The position numbers and the translations under genes are program-made. From contig CAYSUK010000003.1 in assembly GCA_964434265.1 (NCBI GenBank), forward strand, positions 24,021 through 88,020: a DNA stretch of 64,000 bases. Reading direction: 5' to 3'. This stretch comes from an uncultured Christensenella sp. GTDB taxonomy: Bacteria; Bacillota; Clostridia; Christensenellales; UBA1242. Shown here one piece after another: positions 62,668 through 64,000 of this stretch (position 1 is the first letter of the stretch; each line of letters opens with the position of its first letter). The notes under the pieces are model-generated. The model saw only the letters and a list, made by a program, of their open reading frames with translations, was not told the origin of the DNA and searched no databases.

Positions 62668-63996
62668 CTAAATCTCCATCCTTGTATAATAGTAGTCGAG
62701 TCGGATATTGAGCAAATGAATGCGTCCAACAAGGTAAATCACACTAATAGCCAATGCAATAAATATGCCTTTCAAGCCAAACAATGTTATTATAAGACAC
62801 AATAGTACTGGCAAAGCAAGTGCATAAATCATGCTCTTAGTGGTGTTTTTGCCAATTGTCGAGATTTCCGAGTTGTCATACCAGTCAAGCACTGGCTTTT
62901 GCAGGTCAAGGTCAAAACTATGACAAATATGCCCTAGCGCCAATATAGTCACAACAAGGCTGCTAAGTAGCGCAATCCAAACATTAAGGTCGGTTGCGAT
63001 GATTGTCACAATCGTCGTAACAAGTATCGCCCCAACAGTAAACACCGCATTAAAACTTAGTTTTGCTAAAGCTTGGACACGATAGTTTATAGGTGTGGTT
63101 TTTGCGATATAAAAAGTACCGCCTTCCTTCGAAATAGCAATCGACGAAATAGTGTTTGACATAAGTGCAATAATGCCAAGAACAAGCACGTGAGAGCCAA
63201 AAATCATATTTTGCCCCGCTTGGTTTACGGCGATATTGATAAGAAGTTTGTCATATGTAAACACAATAAGTGGCATAAATAGCGGAAACAAGAAAAACTG
63301 AAATATATATCCAGGACTTCTAAACACCATGCGAACTTCATTTATGAAAAGTTCGGCAAAAACACCACGATGTTTAAACGGACGATGTTTTGTACGTACT
63401 ACCGAAGTTGTTTCGAGATTAATGGTCGAAATTTTGTAATAGAATGGCTTTATCAATGCAAAGCACATAACAACTAGCAAAACACTCCCGCCCAAAAAGG
63501 CAAGCGGAAAGTAAAAATACTTAAAGTTTAACATGGCAAGTGCAATTTGATAGTACACAATTATTTTCGAGCCAGTACTTACGAGCCAGTTGTTTATCTT
63601 AAGTCCTGTCGCAACTTGCTTTTCGGCGATATTTATGACAGACGAAAGTTTTGTCACAAAACTCATGTAAAGCACAAACACAGTCGCCACAACAAGTAAT
63701 ATACTAACTATCGAAAGCACATTGTGACGTTTGAAAAACTTTAACACAAACATAATCGGAATAGATAGTATACTTGCAAGAGCAATAGGCAATAACGGCA
63801 ATAACGGAATAATAAATATTAGCGATGCAAAGTACACAATACTTAATCTTCCAAGCCAGCCTAAGCACAAAAATACCGGCAACATATATAGTGTATTAAA
63901 TATAAGTTCGGACACGTAAAGCACCATTATTTTCGACACAAAGAGTTGGTTGAAAGTAACTGGCAAAACCATGAGCAATTCGTTGTCCTTACTCAT
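62668..63996 (-). CDS. polytopic membrane protein, putative ABC-exporter-type permease; may be 5'-truncated by the window edge
   Basis: 442 aa with more than 10 TM helices. The codon upstream of ATG 63996 is sense (TAT), so the ORF may continue beyond 64000. Confidence 0.45.
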   Translation of the reverse strand: MSKDNELLMVLPVTFNQLFVSKIMVLYVSELIFNTLYMLPVFLCLGWLGRLSIVYFASLIFIIPLLPLLPIALASILSIPIMFVLKFFKRHNVLSIVSILLVVATVFVLYMSFVTKLSSVINIAEKQVATGLKINNWLVSTGSKIIVYYQIALAMLNFKYFYFPLAFLGGSVLLVVMCFALIKPFYYKISTINLETTSVVRTKHRPFKHRGVFAELFINEVRMVFRSPGYIFQFFLFPLFMPLIVFTYDKLLINIAVNQAGQNMIFGSHVLVLGIIALMSNTISSIAISKEGGTFYIAKTTPINYRVQALAKLSFNAVFTVGAILVTTIVTIIATDLNVWIALLSSLVVTILALGHICHSFDLDLQKPVLDWYDNSEISTIGKNTTKSMIYALALPVLLCLIITLFGLKGIFIALAISVIYLVGRIHLLNIRLDYYYTRMEI

Positions 63997-64000
63997 ATAC

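Overview
Low-GC (about 35%) chromosomal segment from a spore-forming, anaerobic Bacillota (Firmicutes) genome. About 40 of 48 coding regions are on the minus strand. Core genes: pheST with a Phe T-box leader, nrdDG with NrdR boxes, efp, glyQS, dut, tex, cdd, cysK, tRNA-Glu(CUC) and tRNA-Ser(GCU). Accessory content:
- a gerA-type germinant receptor operon
- three P-type ATPases, one paired with an ArsR repressor and a double operator
- a Y-family polymerase with an SOS box
- several secreted or anchored proteins

The supplied ORF track misses the largest gene. A minus-strand ORF of more than 2,350 codons is open from about 7100 to base 1. It encodes a giant Listeria-Bacteroides-repeat surface protein. 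Its promoter, RBS and ATG (7131) are out of frame with the body.

Main hunting results:
1. A tightly packed operon (11261-18325) encodes four TasA/camelysin-like paralogues, an embedded cytidine deaminase and a transglutaminase lipoprotein. No sipW is in view. This is the best candidate here for an undescribed surface or spore fibre system.
2. A roughly 120-130 bp module follows the CCA end of both tRNA genes: paired NrdR-box-like palindromes 32 bp apart, a hairpin, and an 11-bp tandem GAGTAGAA repeat. Short duplications of the tRNA 3' end flank it.
3. An 18-bp att-like duplication of the tRNA-Ser 3' end brackets a GC-rich structured 176-bp insert, with no integrase present.
4. An unannotated 43-codon Cys-rich ORF has a strong RBS and terminator.

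All functional calls rest on motifs read from the translations. No database search was possible.
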